This document shows, piece after piece, positions 12,370 to 25,638 of a stretch of DNA of 64,000 nucleotides. The DNA is taken from the NCBI GenBank assembly GCA_035084275.1, contig CM068742.1, forward strand, positions 3,410,001-3,474,000, given 5' to 3'. The DNA comes from Hydrolagus colliei. Lineage: Eukaryota. Numbering within the stretch: the first letter of the stretch is position 1; each line of letters opens with the position of its first letter. A program made the position numbers and the translations under genes. The notes beneath the pieces were generated by a model that had not been told where the DNA came from, ran no database searches, and was given only the letters and a program-made list of their open reading frames with translations.

Positions 12370-12870
12370 CCCTCATCAGTACTTTCAACACACAGTCTTA
12401 GCTGACACAGCAACACAGTACTGGGGGAGGTGCTGCATCGTCAGAGGTGCCATCATTCGGATGAGATGTTAAATTGAGTTCCCTTCCGCTTATTCGGTTG
12501 AACATTACAAATGCCAAGGCATTGTTTGAAAAAAAACGAAAAGGGAGTTTCTCCCGATGTCCCAGTCATTTACTTCAAGCCTCAAGACACTCCTCAATGA
12601 CCATGCCATCGATCAACCCATTCCCCTCCCTTCCCTCCACCCTCCCGAATTCCAACCCCAGTTCAGGTTTGAAACACTGACTGTCCAGCGCATTGGGACA
12701 TCCTCATACAAATGTAATTGTGCTGTTTGTTGTTTATGGGCCTGCTGTTCGCAAACTGGACTGCCATGTTTACCTTTAAAATACACCATCACCACAATTT
12801 ACAGTTTATCTTGTTAGTGCTGTGAAATATCCCCCCAGTGTGAAAGACACAACATAAAAATGAAGTTGTA
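12370..12870 (+). mobile_element. Ancient DeuSINE interrupted by an L2 3' tail (about 12600-12725)
   Basis: cagaggtgccatcattcggatgagatgttaaa head/body; inserted ...cagcgcattgggacatcctc...aaatgtaattgtg; Deu-like remainder follows. Confidence 0.6.
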
Positions 12871-13147
12871 TTATTATTTTAATTGAACATCGTCGGTGAC
12901 TAAGTGTATGCCCACAACAATATATTATGACTAAGCTCAGATATCAAAAACTGAGATACAGTACAGATTTGCTGAAATACCACTCAGTCCCAACTTCCCT
13001 TCAGTGCCAGACAATGCTGAATGAAGCCTATAATTTCACACATAGAAGGTTGAAAATAGTTTATGGTATGTTTACTTTCAGTCAACCCGGTGTCTGACAC
13101 AAGTCACCAAGCTTAATACTATTCCAAACCAGACTGAGTTCCACATA

Positions 13148-13597
13148 CAGTGGAAGTTGCTTTAACCAGTTAACCTCCAGTTAACCTGGGACGCTAGGTA
13201 ATTTGGACAAAATGCCTGACCCAGATTAATTTGTGTTCTTACCTGTTTGCCCATTCATTCGTGAGTGGCTCCGAGACTCTCAGTCACATCGGAGTTGCCG
13301 CTGATTGGTACCTGTCCTGTCCGATGGGCATGGCGATGGGAGGCAGGAGCCACACTGCAGCTCTGCTGAGCGGAAAGAGATAATGGAGCTTCAGTTAGTT
13401 GTGGATGGCGCCTTAAGGTGAACACAACAGACTGTGTCCCCCCCGACGGACTGCCCCAACATGTATTTATGCCACCTACACTTTCTTCCTGGAGGAAATA
13501 ACTTTTATCCAATGTTAAACTATATGAGGCATAGACTGACAAAGGCTTGAGGTCCCCCCCAAAATGGGCACCATTAGCATTTAACCAGTTTATACTG
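13148..13597. mobile_element. Old Tigger-like MITE
   Basis: TA-CAGTGGAAGTTGCTTTAA left end; right end reverse complement CAGTATAAACTGGTTAA; TIRs degenerate. Confidence 0.4.
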
Positions 13598-13944
13598 CAC
13601 AGTTAGCCATGAAGAGCATTGTATGGCAAGTTACCCATGAATTGTCTAAATTGGAACATCTAATCCTCAAGGGCTTTGGCTTGAACGTTAACAGGAGCCG
13701 AGTGGAACAATTCCCTGCTTCCAGGCTGTCCCGCCGAGTCCTGCCAATGAGCTATTTCCCTCCAAAGTCTGTTGACGAGCCAGACCTGCTGGTTTGTCAT
13801 CAGCAGTGCTTGGAATACTGCAAACCCACCTGGCTGAGGAACCAGACAACCGAGATTGCAGCAGGAGGTTGAATTGATTCCAACATTGTGTTGCCCAAAC
13901 ACCACAGAGCCAACAATATAAAACTCAGTGTGCAATCAATAGCC

Positions 13945-14303
13945 ATAATAATCCTTGCATTTGACATAGCACCTCATCAAGTTGTTGAGATGTCTCAAAG
14001 CGCTTCACAGAATAGACCGTCAAGTGAATTGACTACATGTTTTGAAGGCAAAAAGTGGCAGCCAATTGCACACAGCGGAGTCCCGAAAACAGTCAAGGGT
14101 TAAGTGACCAAATTTTTTTTTTTTAAAGGGATTATCTCCCTCAAAAAAATAATCAACCAATGACTAACAATTGGGTTCCTGCTTACTGCTAGGTAAACAG
14201 AGTTGGGATGAGTAACGAATATCACATAAAGTTTCGCCCTCCTAGGACTCAAACCTGGGTCCTTTTGCTTGTGAGGGGAGTGCTCTAACCATTATGCTAC
14301 AGC
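13945..14303 (-). mobile_element. Near full-length tRNA/Deu SINE
   Basis: Tail, Deu core and tRNA head (gtgctctaaccattatgctaca) in reverse orientation. Confidence 0.85.
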
Positions 14304-14959
14304 ACTCTACACAGTAATAACTGAGATCACCATTCTACTTTGAATCCGAGTGTTTCCAAATACTTTTGCGTTGTAAGTAGCAGCAATGTGGTGATCCAAT
14401 TTGGAAAGATCAGATGAATTGACTGGGTTTCAAAATCGCCAATTTACCTCTGGCGTGTTAGGAGTTCTTCATCCAAGCTTCATAAACCCAAGGAACTTTA
14501 ATTTCTGTATCTATCTTCATGCCAGCCAGTATCATCCATTAGAGACTGCAATTCAATACCTGCTTGTGTCAGGTCCATTTAGATATAATGGCTTTTGGTA
14601 AAATTATTAAATCATTTTCTTTGGCTAATGCAATCTACTGAGGTGTCTCCATATTTGCAACATATGCAATGACAAAACGCCATAAATGAGTCAATGCCAG
14701 CTGTCTTCATTGTGAACAGAGGGATTGAATATTCCGACAAGCTGATTCCACATTTCATGGCAATCATTTTTGTGAATAAAAGGGACAGCTAATTAATCAA
14801 AGTATTTCAGCATTTTGGGAAGCGAAGAGATAGTCACTGTGATTCAATAAGTCAGATTCCACAAATGGCATTGAATCAACTGGACCTTTAGCATTTCTAC
14901 AAACAGACTAAAACAAAATTACAACTCTCTTATAAAAGATGCAATCAATTAATGGGACA

Positions 14960-15331
14960 TTTTGCAAAAAGGGAAATTGTAACAGGAAGGAAAGATGGTA
15001 AACAATGTTCTCGTGTGCCTGTTGGTCTATAAAGATTCCTGTAGCAATTTTTGTGAAGAGAAGGGAATTTATACAGGCAAATTAATTGTCCATTCACCCT
15101 ATTGCTGTTTGTGGGAATTTGCAGGTGCAAAAAGCTGTCGGATTGCATTGCTTGAAAAGGTGGTGAAAGCAAATCCAATAATAACTTTCAAAATGCATTT
15201 GGATATTTACTTGAAAATAGAAAAAATTGCTAGGCTATGGAGAAAGTGCGGGATAGTTGGATTAATTGGTAGCTCTGTTAAAGATGGGCCAAATGGGCTC
15301 CTTCTGTGCTGTAAGATTCTATGATTCTATG
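14960..15331 (+). mobile_element. CR1 LINE 3' end (older)
   Basis: EKVVKANPIITFKMHLDIYL C-terminus, gatgggccaaatgggctccttctgtgctgtaa and attctatg tail. Confidence 0.8.
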
Positions 15332-15597
15332 TGTTTGCTAACAAATGCAGCCATACTGTTACCTGTGAAGCAGTTCGAGACAGCATGAATGTCTATCTTT
15401 TAGATTGGATGTTTAATTAAGATCTTGGCTGTACATTTGGATGTTAATGATCTCAATGCACTATTCAAAAAGCCTTTCCCAATGTTCTTGTTGATAATCC
15501 CCCAGATAAAATTGGTTACTGAGTTACTCACTTTCTGTGAGTCATTGTGCCAATTGGCTGTTGTGTTGGCCTACAAAATACAGTCCCCAGACTTTAG

Positions 15598-15888
15598 AGC
15601 TCCCGTAACTCAGGGGTTAGAACACTCGTCTTTCCTTAATTTTCCTTAAATTTCCTTAATCCACACGCCTAATACTGTAATAATCCCTCCAAAAATAAAT
15701 ACAATAATAAAAATTGGTCATTTCAATCCACGACTGTTTGTGGGACACTGCTGTGTGCAATTGGCTGTCGCGTTTCGCCCACAAACATACTGTCAATTCA
15801 CTTTACAGTATATATTGTGAAGTGCTTTGAGACATTGATAACACGTGAAAGTGCTATAATCAAATGCAAGGAATATTATGATTATTAT
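15598..15888 (+). mobile_element. tRNA/Deu SINE with internal rearrangement
   Basis: Partial head gctcccgtaactcaggggttagaacactcg, Deu core and tail. Confidence 0.85.
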
Positions 15889-15984
15889 TCAGAGGGAATT
15901 TTTTTTAAATTTTGTCGTTTACAGTAAAATCCTGTCAAGTGCTTGGAGACAAATAAGGTTCTCATTTCATTCGTGAATGAAAAA

Positions 15985-16675
15985 CTAAGTCAGGAATGCT
16001 AGGCGTCTTGCTCGATCCTCAACTTTCTCATCCATGCCATGACACACTCTTCCTTCCCTCACCTCCGCAAGATTGCCCAACTCAACCACCCATCAGGCCA
16101 TTGAAACTCTTATTCATGCCTTCATTACATCCAGGCTCGATTATGCCAACACCCTGCTTGTTCTTCACAATTCAACCCTCCATAGCCTGCAGATCATCCA
16201 GAAATATGCAGCCCATGTCCTTTCCTGCACCAAGTTCTTCGCCCCCATCACCTCCATTCTTGCCTGACTCCACTGGCTTCCCATCACTCACGAGGATTTA
16301 ATTCAAGATCCCGGTCCTCACCATTAAAGCTCCATATGGCCTTGCCCCACCCTACCTCTGCAACCCCCTACCAACCTGACTGCTCCCTCCACTCAGCAGG
16401 CTCCAGCCTCTCCATGTCCTCCAACTCACCCACCCCACCATCGGCAGGTGAGCCTTCAGCCACTCTTCCCCCGTCCTTTGAAATTCCATTCCGCAATCTC
16501 TCTACCTAGTCCCCACTCTGGCCTCCTTCAAGTTCCTCTTCAAGACCCTCCTATTTCGACTGTGCCATCAGTCACCTCCCTTCCCGATCCAAACCCCAGC
16601 TTGTATCTGAAACACTGACGGTCTAGAGCCTTGGGATCTCCTCCTGATGTGAAAGGCATTATACAAATGCAATTT
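15985..16675 (+). mobile_element. Degenerate L2 LINE 3' portion
   Basis: AIETLIHAFITSRLDYANTLL...LQIIQKYAAHVLS, with frameshifts, followed by L2 tail gtgaaaggcattatacaaatgcaa. Confidence 0.88.
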
Positions 16676-16704
16676 TTAAAAAAATCATTTTCGAGGCTTA
16701 TCGA

Positions 16705-17874
16705 GCTGCCATTCTTATCTGACCCACCGTTTACATTTTGTTTCTTCCAATGGCTTTTCTTCAAACCCCCGCACAGTTTCCCACGGCGTCCCTCAGGGCT
16801 CTGTCCTCGGTCCCCTTCTTTTCACCCTTTACATGCTCCCTCTGGGCGACGTCATCTGCAAACATGGGGTAAATTTCCACATGTACGCGGATGACACCCA
16901 GCTGTACCTTTCTGCCTCATCCCTCAACCCCCAGACGATCGATGTTCTGACAGCATGTCTGTCCGACATCGAATCGTGGACGAGGGACAACATTTTGCAA
17001 TTGAACGTGAATAAGACCGAGGCCCTCCTGATTGGCTCAAGCCAGCGCCTCCGCACATCGGGCGCTGCCAGCCTCAACATCCAAGGCTGCACTCTCCACC
17101 TCACAAAGCCAATCAGGAACCTCGGCATCATGTTCGATCAACAACTTTCCTTCCTCCCCCACATCCGCGCCTTGACCGGCACCGCCTATTTCCATCTGCG
17201 CAGCATTGCCAGGCTCCGCAACTATCTTACCCCCCGCGCTGCCGAAACACTCGTGCACGCGTACATCACCTCACGGCTGGATTACGGAAATTCTCTCCTA
17301 GTCGGCCTCCCCAGTTCCTCCATTCACAGGCTGCAGGCCATCCAAAACTCTGCAGCCCGTGTACTATCCCGCACCCGCCTCCGTGACCACATAACCCCCA
17401 CCCTCGCCCGTCTCCACTGGCTCCCCATCCTCCAGAGGATCGAATTTAAGATCCTCGTCCTCACCTACAAGGCCTTACACGGCCTTGCCCCATCCTACCT
17501 AACCGATCTACTCCCCCCTACACGCCCACCCGGACCTTCCGTTCAACAGGACTTGGCCTGCTCCAAGCCCCCCGCCCGAACCACCCCACCATCGGAGGCC
17601 GGGCCTTCAGTTTCTCCGCTCCCACCTTATGGAATTCCATCCCTCAATCCCTCCGTTTCGTCTCTTCCCTTTCCTCTTTCAAGGCCGATTTCAAGACTTT
17701 CCTCTTCGATCGTGCCTTTTGTTCCACCCCGAACTTTTTTTTACCTCCCCTTCGTGTTTCACCCCTTCCCAAACACTCCCCTCCCAGCTCGGGTCACACG
17801 CCTCATGTGCAGCGCCTTGGGACGTCCTCTCGACGTGAAAGGCGCTATATAAATGTAAATTGTTGTTGTTGTTG
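16705..17874 (+). mobile_element. Young 5'-truncated L2 LINE; reverse transcriptase C-terminal half, frameshifted near 17515
   Basis: [50 protein letters not shown] motifs; one C missing in a C-run relative to copies at 26044 and 59013; (TTG)n tail. Confidence 0.97.
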
Positions 17875-18926
17875 CCCTATTTCTCACAATTCATTCATTT
17901 TTTTAAATCGTGGCAAAATGGTTTCCATATTATTTCTGAGTTTAAGAATTTTACAATACTCTGCGCAATCTCAAATTTTATGACAATAATCTTAAGGCTA
18001 GGTCCATGGGAAATTTTGGGCCTGATACGTCTTCCAATATGTGCAAGGTAATTCACAAAGCAGGTTCTTGGACAATACCGTAAAACAAAATCACTGCCAT
18101 CAGAAAATGTATTTTGTATTTTATGTGAGGTACAGTCTTGCAAATCACTCTCAAATGGTAATAAATATAATGACGTGAGTGGGAGATAGATAGAACAAAA
18201 TGGAGATCGACAGACCACTGGAGAGAGATAGAATGACAGACAACATCATCTGCAACATAAATTCCATTCCATATTCTTTTTTGAGAGTTAGTCTTCAGCT
18301 TTACTTGACACCTGTGACCGATTCTTTTTATTAACTTCTAAAAATTCAGGAACATTTTGAATTAAAGCTCCATCGAGCTTCCAAGGAATGCATAGTTTTT
18401 TCTTTCAAAATGATTTAGGGATAATACAACTTGACAAGAATTCCATCAAGATAAAGACAGACCCTATCTCATAATGCTTCTCACCTGATTTAATCTAATA
18501 AATCGCGCTCAACTCAGCAGTGAAAAAGAGTGAGTCAAAATCTAGTGAATCGCAGGACACGGGAGTTATTGATTATTTCTGAGGGCATTGGATACTTTAG
18601 CATGATATACAGCTAGCTCTCTCACCAAAGAGTCTGTCGTAAAACAAAAAACTCTGGCAGGTGACAAAGGAGAGGGCTACACAGGGCAGGAGAAGGAAAC
18701 ACAATTGGTGTGCAAAACCAAAGGCAACTAGAGAGAAGCATTCTGAGGTCAGGGAGCATGAAAATGTGAGTGGAAATAATCTTCTCGATCCGACACAATC
18801 TGATTTTCAGAATGTACAGGAAAATAAAATCTTTGCAAGCTTTAAATTTGCAAACCGAAGCTGGAAAGGATAGTAATGTTTTACTTTACAATACTATTAT
18901 ACACAAAACGCTGTGCCTTTCTTGAA

Positions 18927-19218
18927 ATAATAATAACCCTTGCATTTGATATAGTGCTTTTCACTTCTCAATGCGCCTCACAGAATATACTGTGAAGGTA
19001 ATTGACTGTATATTTGTAGGCAAAATGTGGCAGCCAGTTGTTCACAGCAGTGTCCCACAAACAATCGTGGATTGAAATTACCGATTTATTATTGATTTTT
19101 TTGAGGGATTATTATCAGGCGTGTGGAGAAAGGAAACTTACCCAAGGTTTCGCCCTGTCTGGAATTGACCCCAGATCTCTAACTTGTATGGTGAGTGCTC
19201 TAACCACTGAGCTACAGA
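18927..19218 (-). mobile_element. Full-length tRNA/Deu SINE
   Basis: Tail, Deu core, head ending gtgctctaaccactgagctaca. Confidence 0.92.
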
Positions 19219-20603
19219 TCTCCACTGAACTAAAAAATTGAATAGGCATAGACAGGGTTAGTATCTGATGCCCCACAATACAAGTAATACCAGTTTTGTA
19301 TTGGAGTGTTAGTCTTAGAGTATGTGTTAAAATTGGTCATTCACTTCAAGACTGATTATGGGACAATGCTCTGCTTAAACTGTCTGTTTCGTTCATTTCC
19401 AAATACAGTACAGTATACAGTAAATCTGGTGATACATTATGATACCTTCTGACAATGTGATAGGCACTAAATCATATGCAAGCATTACGGTTTCAATTAG
19501 ATTCCAATGTGACTATATTACGATAAGATACTGAACAGCAGCTAAATTAACAGGCAGAATGCATCTGCTTATAGAATTATGGATTCCAAGACACAATGAT
19601 ACATAATGGGACTTGTGTAAACAGCAATTTTACTGGGGATTAATGCTTTCAAGTTGCTTGTCAGATGTGCTCATGGGAACCTTCGCTATGAAAGTGAATC
19701 AGGTCGGATTGAAGATCAAGCGATTCTGTGTGGCATACATCCGGTTTCCTTAGTTAAAAAATCCCATCAGAAATCTGTGCATGTTGGACCCCTACATGCT
19801 TGTTAGTTTGATTTCTCTTCAATGAAAGATCAGTCCAATTCAAAATATTTTCAACATCTGGCAAATGCTGAAATCTACAACAGTGTTTGACTGTTGAAAT
19901 CTACAACAGTGTAAGGCCTAATCAATTCAAATTTGTCCAGCTCAAGAGTGCAGCTGTTCCTGATCAATTGTAATGTTGAACATGAATTTAGCCAGGTATA
20001 CCAGACTGATCTGCACAATGGTTTTGGTCTGTGATGTGCTGAGTGATAGACTGAGTAAATCACATTTTATTTAATCCATCTGCGCCCGGAACTCGGGTTT
20101 GGTTACAAAAAAGGGATCAGGAATTTGTATCCGACAGGTGACATAGCTGCAACTGAGAGGCTACCCATTATGTCAATTTGAATGACTTAAGGCTAATGGA
20201 AAAACGACTAAGTCAATGCTTTCACCATTGAAGTTGTTGAAATCCCATTCTTTAATGGCTACAACAACAACAACTGCCAAATTGTTACTATTCCAACCAC
20301 TGGAATAAAGATCGCATTCTATAGGCTATAGAAAAACAGCAGGGGTTCAGGGAGACCAAGTCTTTGGAACATTGAGCTACTAAGTTCAATTCAATGTTAA
20401 GAACAGCACAAGAACAGCCTGCATTATAGCAAATAGAGAAGCCAATTATACAATCTTTAATTAACAAAGACAAACCAACAAAGTGGAGGAGATAGCTCTA
20501 GTCACTAAATAAAACATTTCCAATAACTCCATCCTAACCCTTTATACCTGTACTATTCAAATTTCCATTACCTTTGATTGCACGGTGTGTCTAATTTGCC
20601 TTA

Positions 20604-21062
20604 ATAATAGTAGAATAATCCTTGCATTTGAGATTGTGTTGTTCATATCAGGAAGATCTAGTAATAATAATCCTTGCATTTTGATAAAGTGCTTTTCATG
20701 TCTTCTAGGATTCCCAAAGCGCTTCACAGAATATACTGTAAAGTGAATTGACTGTATTTGTGGGTGAAAAGTGGTGGCAAATTGCGGTGTCCCACAAATA
20801 GTTGCGGATTGAAATGACCAATTTATTATTGTTTTTTTTGAGGGATTATTAGGCGTGCGGAGAAAGGAAATTTACCCAAGATTTTGTCGTGACTGGAATT
20901 GACCCCAAGTAAAATGACCAATTTCTTATAGTTTTTTTGGTGATGGATTATTATTAGGTGTGTGGAACAAGGAAACTTGCCCAAGGTTTCGCCCTGACAT
21001 GCCTGGATTTGAAACACAGGTCTCACGTTTGTAAGACGAGTTCTCTAACCACTGAGCTACAT
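20604..21062 (-). mobile_element. Tandem/duplicated SINE cluster
   Basis: Tail fragment, then SINE body, then a second copy of the middle-to-head segment (aaatgaccaattt...ggaaacttgcccaagg). Confidence 0.85.
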
Positions 21063-21094
21063 ATCTCAAAGCACTTCATGGCATATATGGCATA

Positions 21095-21272
21095 TATACA
21101 CTCCACATGCCTCTGTTCCCGAGGGTCAGTATGATCCCAGTTGTTAGTCGATTAGTGGATCGGTTTCCGGGGTAATAATCCCTCCACGTTCCAAAAACAA
21201 AATTGGTCATTCAATCCACAACTGTTTGTGAGACACTGCTATTCGCAATCAGCTGCTGTGTTTCGCCCACAG
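21095..21272 (+). mobile_element. SINE middle fragment
   Basis: ctccacatgcctctgtt block and Deu core. Confidence 0.7.
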
Positions 21273-23842
21273 ATTATATTCCACATGTTTGGTATTTATT
21301 GAGCGAGTACATCTGAACATAACTTTTGAAATACAATATAGAGTAAACTGTTTCATAGCAGAATAGTTATCACCTGAATTCTGTTATGAAACAGCAGAAT
21401 TCCAAATAATTATCTGGTTTGGGGTCTCAATGACAAGAAAAGTTGAAAAATAGTTGAAAAGTTTGGATGAAGAAAGTATTTTCTTCATCTGATTTCATCT
21501 GAATACAGACTTCCCATCCCAGTGTTCATAGCATGTGTCTGCCTTTTAATGAGTCTAATGTCCTGGCCTCAATCACCCTTCTTGGCAATTTTTTCCAGTC
21601 GTTAATTACTTTTTGGAATCTGTCCTGAAATTGCCCTTCGCAAATCTACACCTTTGTTCTCTTGTTCTGCATTCTAAATTATTGTTCTGGGTTTACTTTG
21701 TCAAACCCTTTTAAAATGTTATGCGCTTTTGTAAGTCAGGTGCCCTCTGAGTCATGTTTTGAAGCCCGAAGAGCCATAGATTCTCTCATCGTTGCTGAAC
21801 TCTTGTAAAGTAGCAGTAATTGCAGTAATCATCAATATTTTTTCCATTAAGCAGGTGTCTGACACGTGCAGAAACCCTTACCAATGTTTAAGAGTATCTA
21901 AATGAGACAGAGACGTACATAAGTATTCCACTCACATATAGAAAGTTATCTGTGTCTGGAATAGGCACTTTGTACCTGGAGAGATGAACCATATGTTTTG
22001 TGACACTGATGTGCGGTGCGTCCCTACTTCCAGAGAGTATTTGGTGCAGGTTTTTTAAGAGCCAAGGCTTATAGACTGGAGTTTGCATTGTGGTACTGCT
22101 GGAATTTAATGAGCTAACACAGCAAAGCTTGCCATTAGAAATGATGTCTGGCAACCTACATGCTGCTTTGCCAGCTAGAACCACCCTATCTGTTGAGCTT
22201 TTGTATGAGTCCAAGCTCATCCTTCATCCCTGGCAATGAAAAGGTTACAAATGACACAATGATACGAGAGCAAAAAAAGGATGGGTTACTTATTTCAGGG
22301 ATTAAATTAGTTATCTTTAGACAAAATGTCAGAAATATTGTAACCACCTCCTATTAATCTTCCCTGTGTCACTATCATTATTTATAGCTTCTAAAGTACA
22401 GCATAATATTTTAAAAAACTGTTTAAACTTTGAAATATTATTGTCTACTGTATTTATGAGCTGAGATATTATTATGTTTTATACCTTTAAACATACTAAA
22501 GAAAGTCAATCTTAGTAAAAAAAAATTAGCAGCATTTACTTTAACTATAAAAGTTAGTGCCCACAGGACACCATTATTTCTACAAGTGAGTTGATTAATG
22601 TATTTAATAGCTGCAGAGTTCATGTCAAATGTACTGTACCGATATGGAGCACACAACCGAATAGTTTTCAGGCAGGATTTTGAAATTGGGACTGTTTGTA
22701 GTTTTCATTAGAAAAGGTCACACTTAAACTACAAGTACCTTTGAGATTGCATGCTTCTGGTAAGATTTTATAATGAAACAGAAAAACATCTGTATAATTC
22801 CTGTTAAATCATTTTGTTGCTCTAACGTACAACCCTCGTGCCTTCAAGCAGAGGGCAAGAATGAAGTGACCTTGATATGATATGTACCGGGAGCAATATT
22901 ATTTGTCCAATGCATTTCATTACACATATAGACACTGGAAACCAGAAATAAAACAAACACAGTTTCTTGAAATGAACAGCAGCAGTCAGTGTTCATGACT
23001 CAAAGGCAGATTAAGTTCTTGATTAAGATCTATTGAACATGAGTGCAGACGTTTGGATGGAGAATACACCAGACTTTCTTTTCCTATTTGGAAATGGCTG
23101 CAGTTTCAAAGAAAGAAAACATGCAGTTATAATAATATCAATAATAATTCTTGGATTTGGATTTTCTCTTGGCTCCCATTGTATTGCAATAATCACGAAA
23201 ATATTGCCAGCAGAAATGGCATTGCAAAATATATGTTTTCACTGTACAAATGTTGTTGTTAGTGAGAAGCTTGAATAGTTTCTAATGTCATCCAAACCTC
23301 AAGCTTACATTACATCACCCGATCCAGTTATTGCTTTGAAAACAAATTATATGCACAATTTTACCGTTCAGGTTCATTTTCTTCTGTTAATTGAAAAATC
23401 ACTGTCAGGTTTGCAACCTCTGCTGTTACTGCAATAGGTTTGCTGTTTAAAAGTCTTCAGCCCAGGATACCATTACAGAGTACAAGATCAGGCACCTGCA
23501 TACAAAACTACTTATATGCATAACTTTTGCTGAGGATATTTGATGTGAGAAGCATTGCACATAGACCAAATTATTAACAACATTAATTTGTTATTATAAT
23601 CATAGGAGTTTTAGCTAGCTTTCTTTTCCCACAGGTATTGCACATTTTAAACTAGGTATGCATTTTAAAAAGCAGCAATGCAATAAATTTGATTGTTTTC
23701 AAATGTTGAACCACCTTCATTTTTGAAGACATTCAAGAATACTTGTGCGCATCTCACTATCAAAGTGAATGAAAAACTATTCCTTATTATTTATTACAAA
23801 AATAATTATAAAATATATTAAATGCAAGATGTTGTTGCTACT

Positions 23843-24123
23843 AACAATAATCCTTGCATTTAATATGATGTCTTAACCATGTCTTCGAGTTGTCTCAAAG
23901 TGCTTCACAGAATACACTGTAAAGTCAATTGACTAGGCAAAATGTGGCAACCAGTTGTGCACAGCAATGTCCCACAAACAGTTGTGGATTGAGTGACCAG
24001 TTTATTATTTTTTTAAAGTAAACAGTGTGTGTGGAGTAAAGCAACTTGCCCAACATTTTGCCCTGCCTGTAATCAAACCCAGGCCTTTAATTTGCAAGGT
24101 GAGTGCTCTAATTACTGAGCTAC
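23843..24123 (-). mobile_element. Full-length tRNA/Deu SINE
   Basis: Tail, Deu core and head in reverse orientation. Confidence 0.88.
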
Positions 24124-24264
24124 ATGATTTCACATACAGCTGGAATCTCAGAAAGAACAAAACAAATGAAATTAAAAAAACAAAAAATTGAAATATTCTG
24201 GATTAATTTATAAAACCCCACAATTCCTCCACGTTTCAGATCATTGGGATTAAATTTCAAAAGT

Positions 24265-24535
24265 TTTTTTGGGGGTCACATGCATTTCTGACAAAGTGGA
24301 AACCCATTGTTAAGAGTGTCCAAACGAGAATGACAGTTCCACATCCGCACGTTACATGCAAGTGAAAATTTCCGTGCGTCTTGAAAGGAATGCGCACTTT
24401 CTCGCTAGAGGGACCCACCCTGAGTAAGTAAATCCAGAAATTGCTTGCCACAAATTGGACGGAATGAAGGATTGAGGATCCGAGAGTGAGTGTTGAGATA
24501 CTCCTGGAGTTCAACGAGCTAAAGACCCACCCCAC
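24265..24535. repeat. Unidentified ancient repeat, copy A
   Basis: Aligns by eye to 33060-33227 (same strand) and 29630-29915 (opposite strand). Confidence 0.7.
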
Positions 24536-24719
24536 CCATGGCTTGCCATTGAATATACCGTCTGGTTAAGGATCTCACCGTTTGATAAAATTACAGCAAC
24601 CTGTTTGTGTACTAAGTATCCCAGTTAAAAAAAAACTCCTTTCACTAAATGTTACATTCTATCCACCATCCCAGGTAACATTCTTCCTTTAATTATGAAT
24701 GCCTTGCCATTCTTCTAAC

Positions 24720-24873
24720 AGGGAACTAGATCTTTATTTAGGAAGAGCAGGTCTGTTAGGTTATGGGGAGAGAGCTGGGCAGTGGGATTGAGTTGCTCTG
24801 TTCAAAGAGCCGGCACAGACTAGATGGGCCGAATGGCCTCCTTTTGTGCCGTAAAATTCTATGATTCTATGAT
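24720..24873 (+). mobile_element. Young CR1 3' end
   Basis: Nearly the same as the CR1 3' UTR at 48941 and 58468; attctatg tail. Confidence 0.92.
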
Positions 24874-25133
24874 CTGCGGGGTCAATGCAGCGTGATTAAA
24901 CTGGAATTGGCAGAGTTGCCAAGTGTGAACGTTTACTGTGAAGTTACTGGAACCAAATACCGTGAAACATTAAAAATTGGTTTATTGGTTCCAGCTTTTG
25001 CTCAGTGAGTTGATCCAGAGAGGAGCCAAGTCATGCACATTGAGGGTTCTTATGTTTAGCTCTCGGTCTGAACTTTGTTAAATGATCTCAAGGCAAAATG
25101 ATAGGCCTCAGCACTTTGGCTCAGGGAAAGGGA

Positions 25134-25135
<2 letters not shown>

Positions 25136-25164
<29 letters not shown>

Positions 25165-25435
25165 CCTTGCGTTTGATATAGCACCCTATCACATCTGCAA
25201 GATGTCTCAAAACGTTTCAGAGAATATACTTTGAAGTGAATTGACCGTATACTTTTGGGGCAAAACACAACAGTCAATACATCAGTAGTCCACAAATAGG
25301 TGTGGATTGAGTGACAACTTTTTTTTAAGGGATTGTTAAACTCAGAAAAGGCATCTGCCAATTGACTATCTCCAGGTTCCTACTTACTGCCAGGTAAACA
25401 ACAGCGTAGGGAGTGAAGAAACTTGGCCAATGCCT
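25136..25435 (-). mobile_element. Deu SINE with long (aat)n tail
   Basis: Tail and body recognisable in reverse orientation. Confidence 0.8.
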
Positions 25436-25439
25436 CACC

Positions 25440-25638
25440 CCACCGGGAATCATACACATATCCTCCACTTGCACTTTGACCGTGCCTTCTGCTGCCCTCC
25501 CAACTCTGTCCCTGCCTTCCTAACTCCCCCCTGCCCTGCCCCCTCTTCCTTGCTCGGGGCCCATCCTGACTGTTCAGTGTCTTGGGGTGTCCTCCAGATG
25601 TGATAGGCACTCTATAAATGTAATTTTGTTGTTGTTGT
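25440..25638 (+). mobile_element. L2 3' UTR/tail fragment
   Basis: C-rich UTR, cagtgtcttggggtgtcctccagatgtgataggcactctataaatgtaa, (ttg)n. Confidence 0.75.

Noticed and set aside
13243-13365. Minus-strand coding exon (cag acceptor, caggtaag donor)
   Set aside because: Stops in all three frames and lies inside a probable Tigger MITE.
13620-13940. LF-SINE-like element
   Set aside because: Only vague resemblance from memory; cannot be supported without an alignment.
16833-17852. 339-aa ORF as a host gene or active RT
   Set aside because: 5'-truncated L2 ORF2; the last third is out-of-frame read-through after a 1-nt deletion.
19867-19912. Short direct repeat tgaaatctacaacagtgt as CRISPR-like
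   Set aside because: Only two units with a few bases between them; ordinary slippage duplication in eukaryotic DNA.
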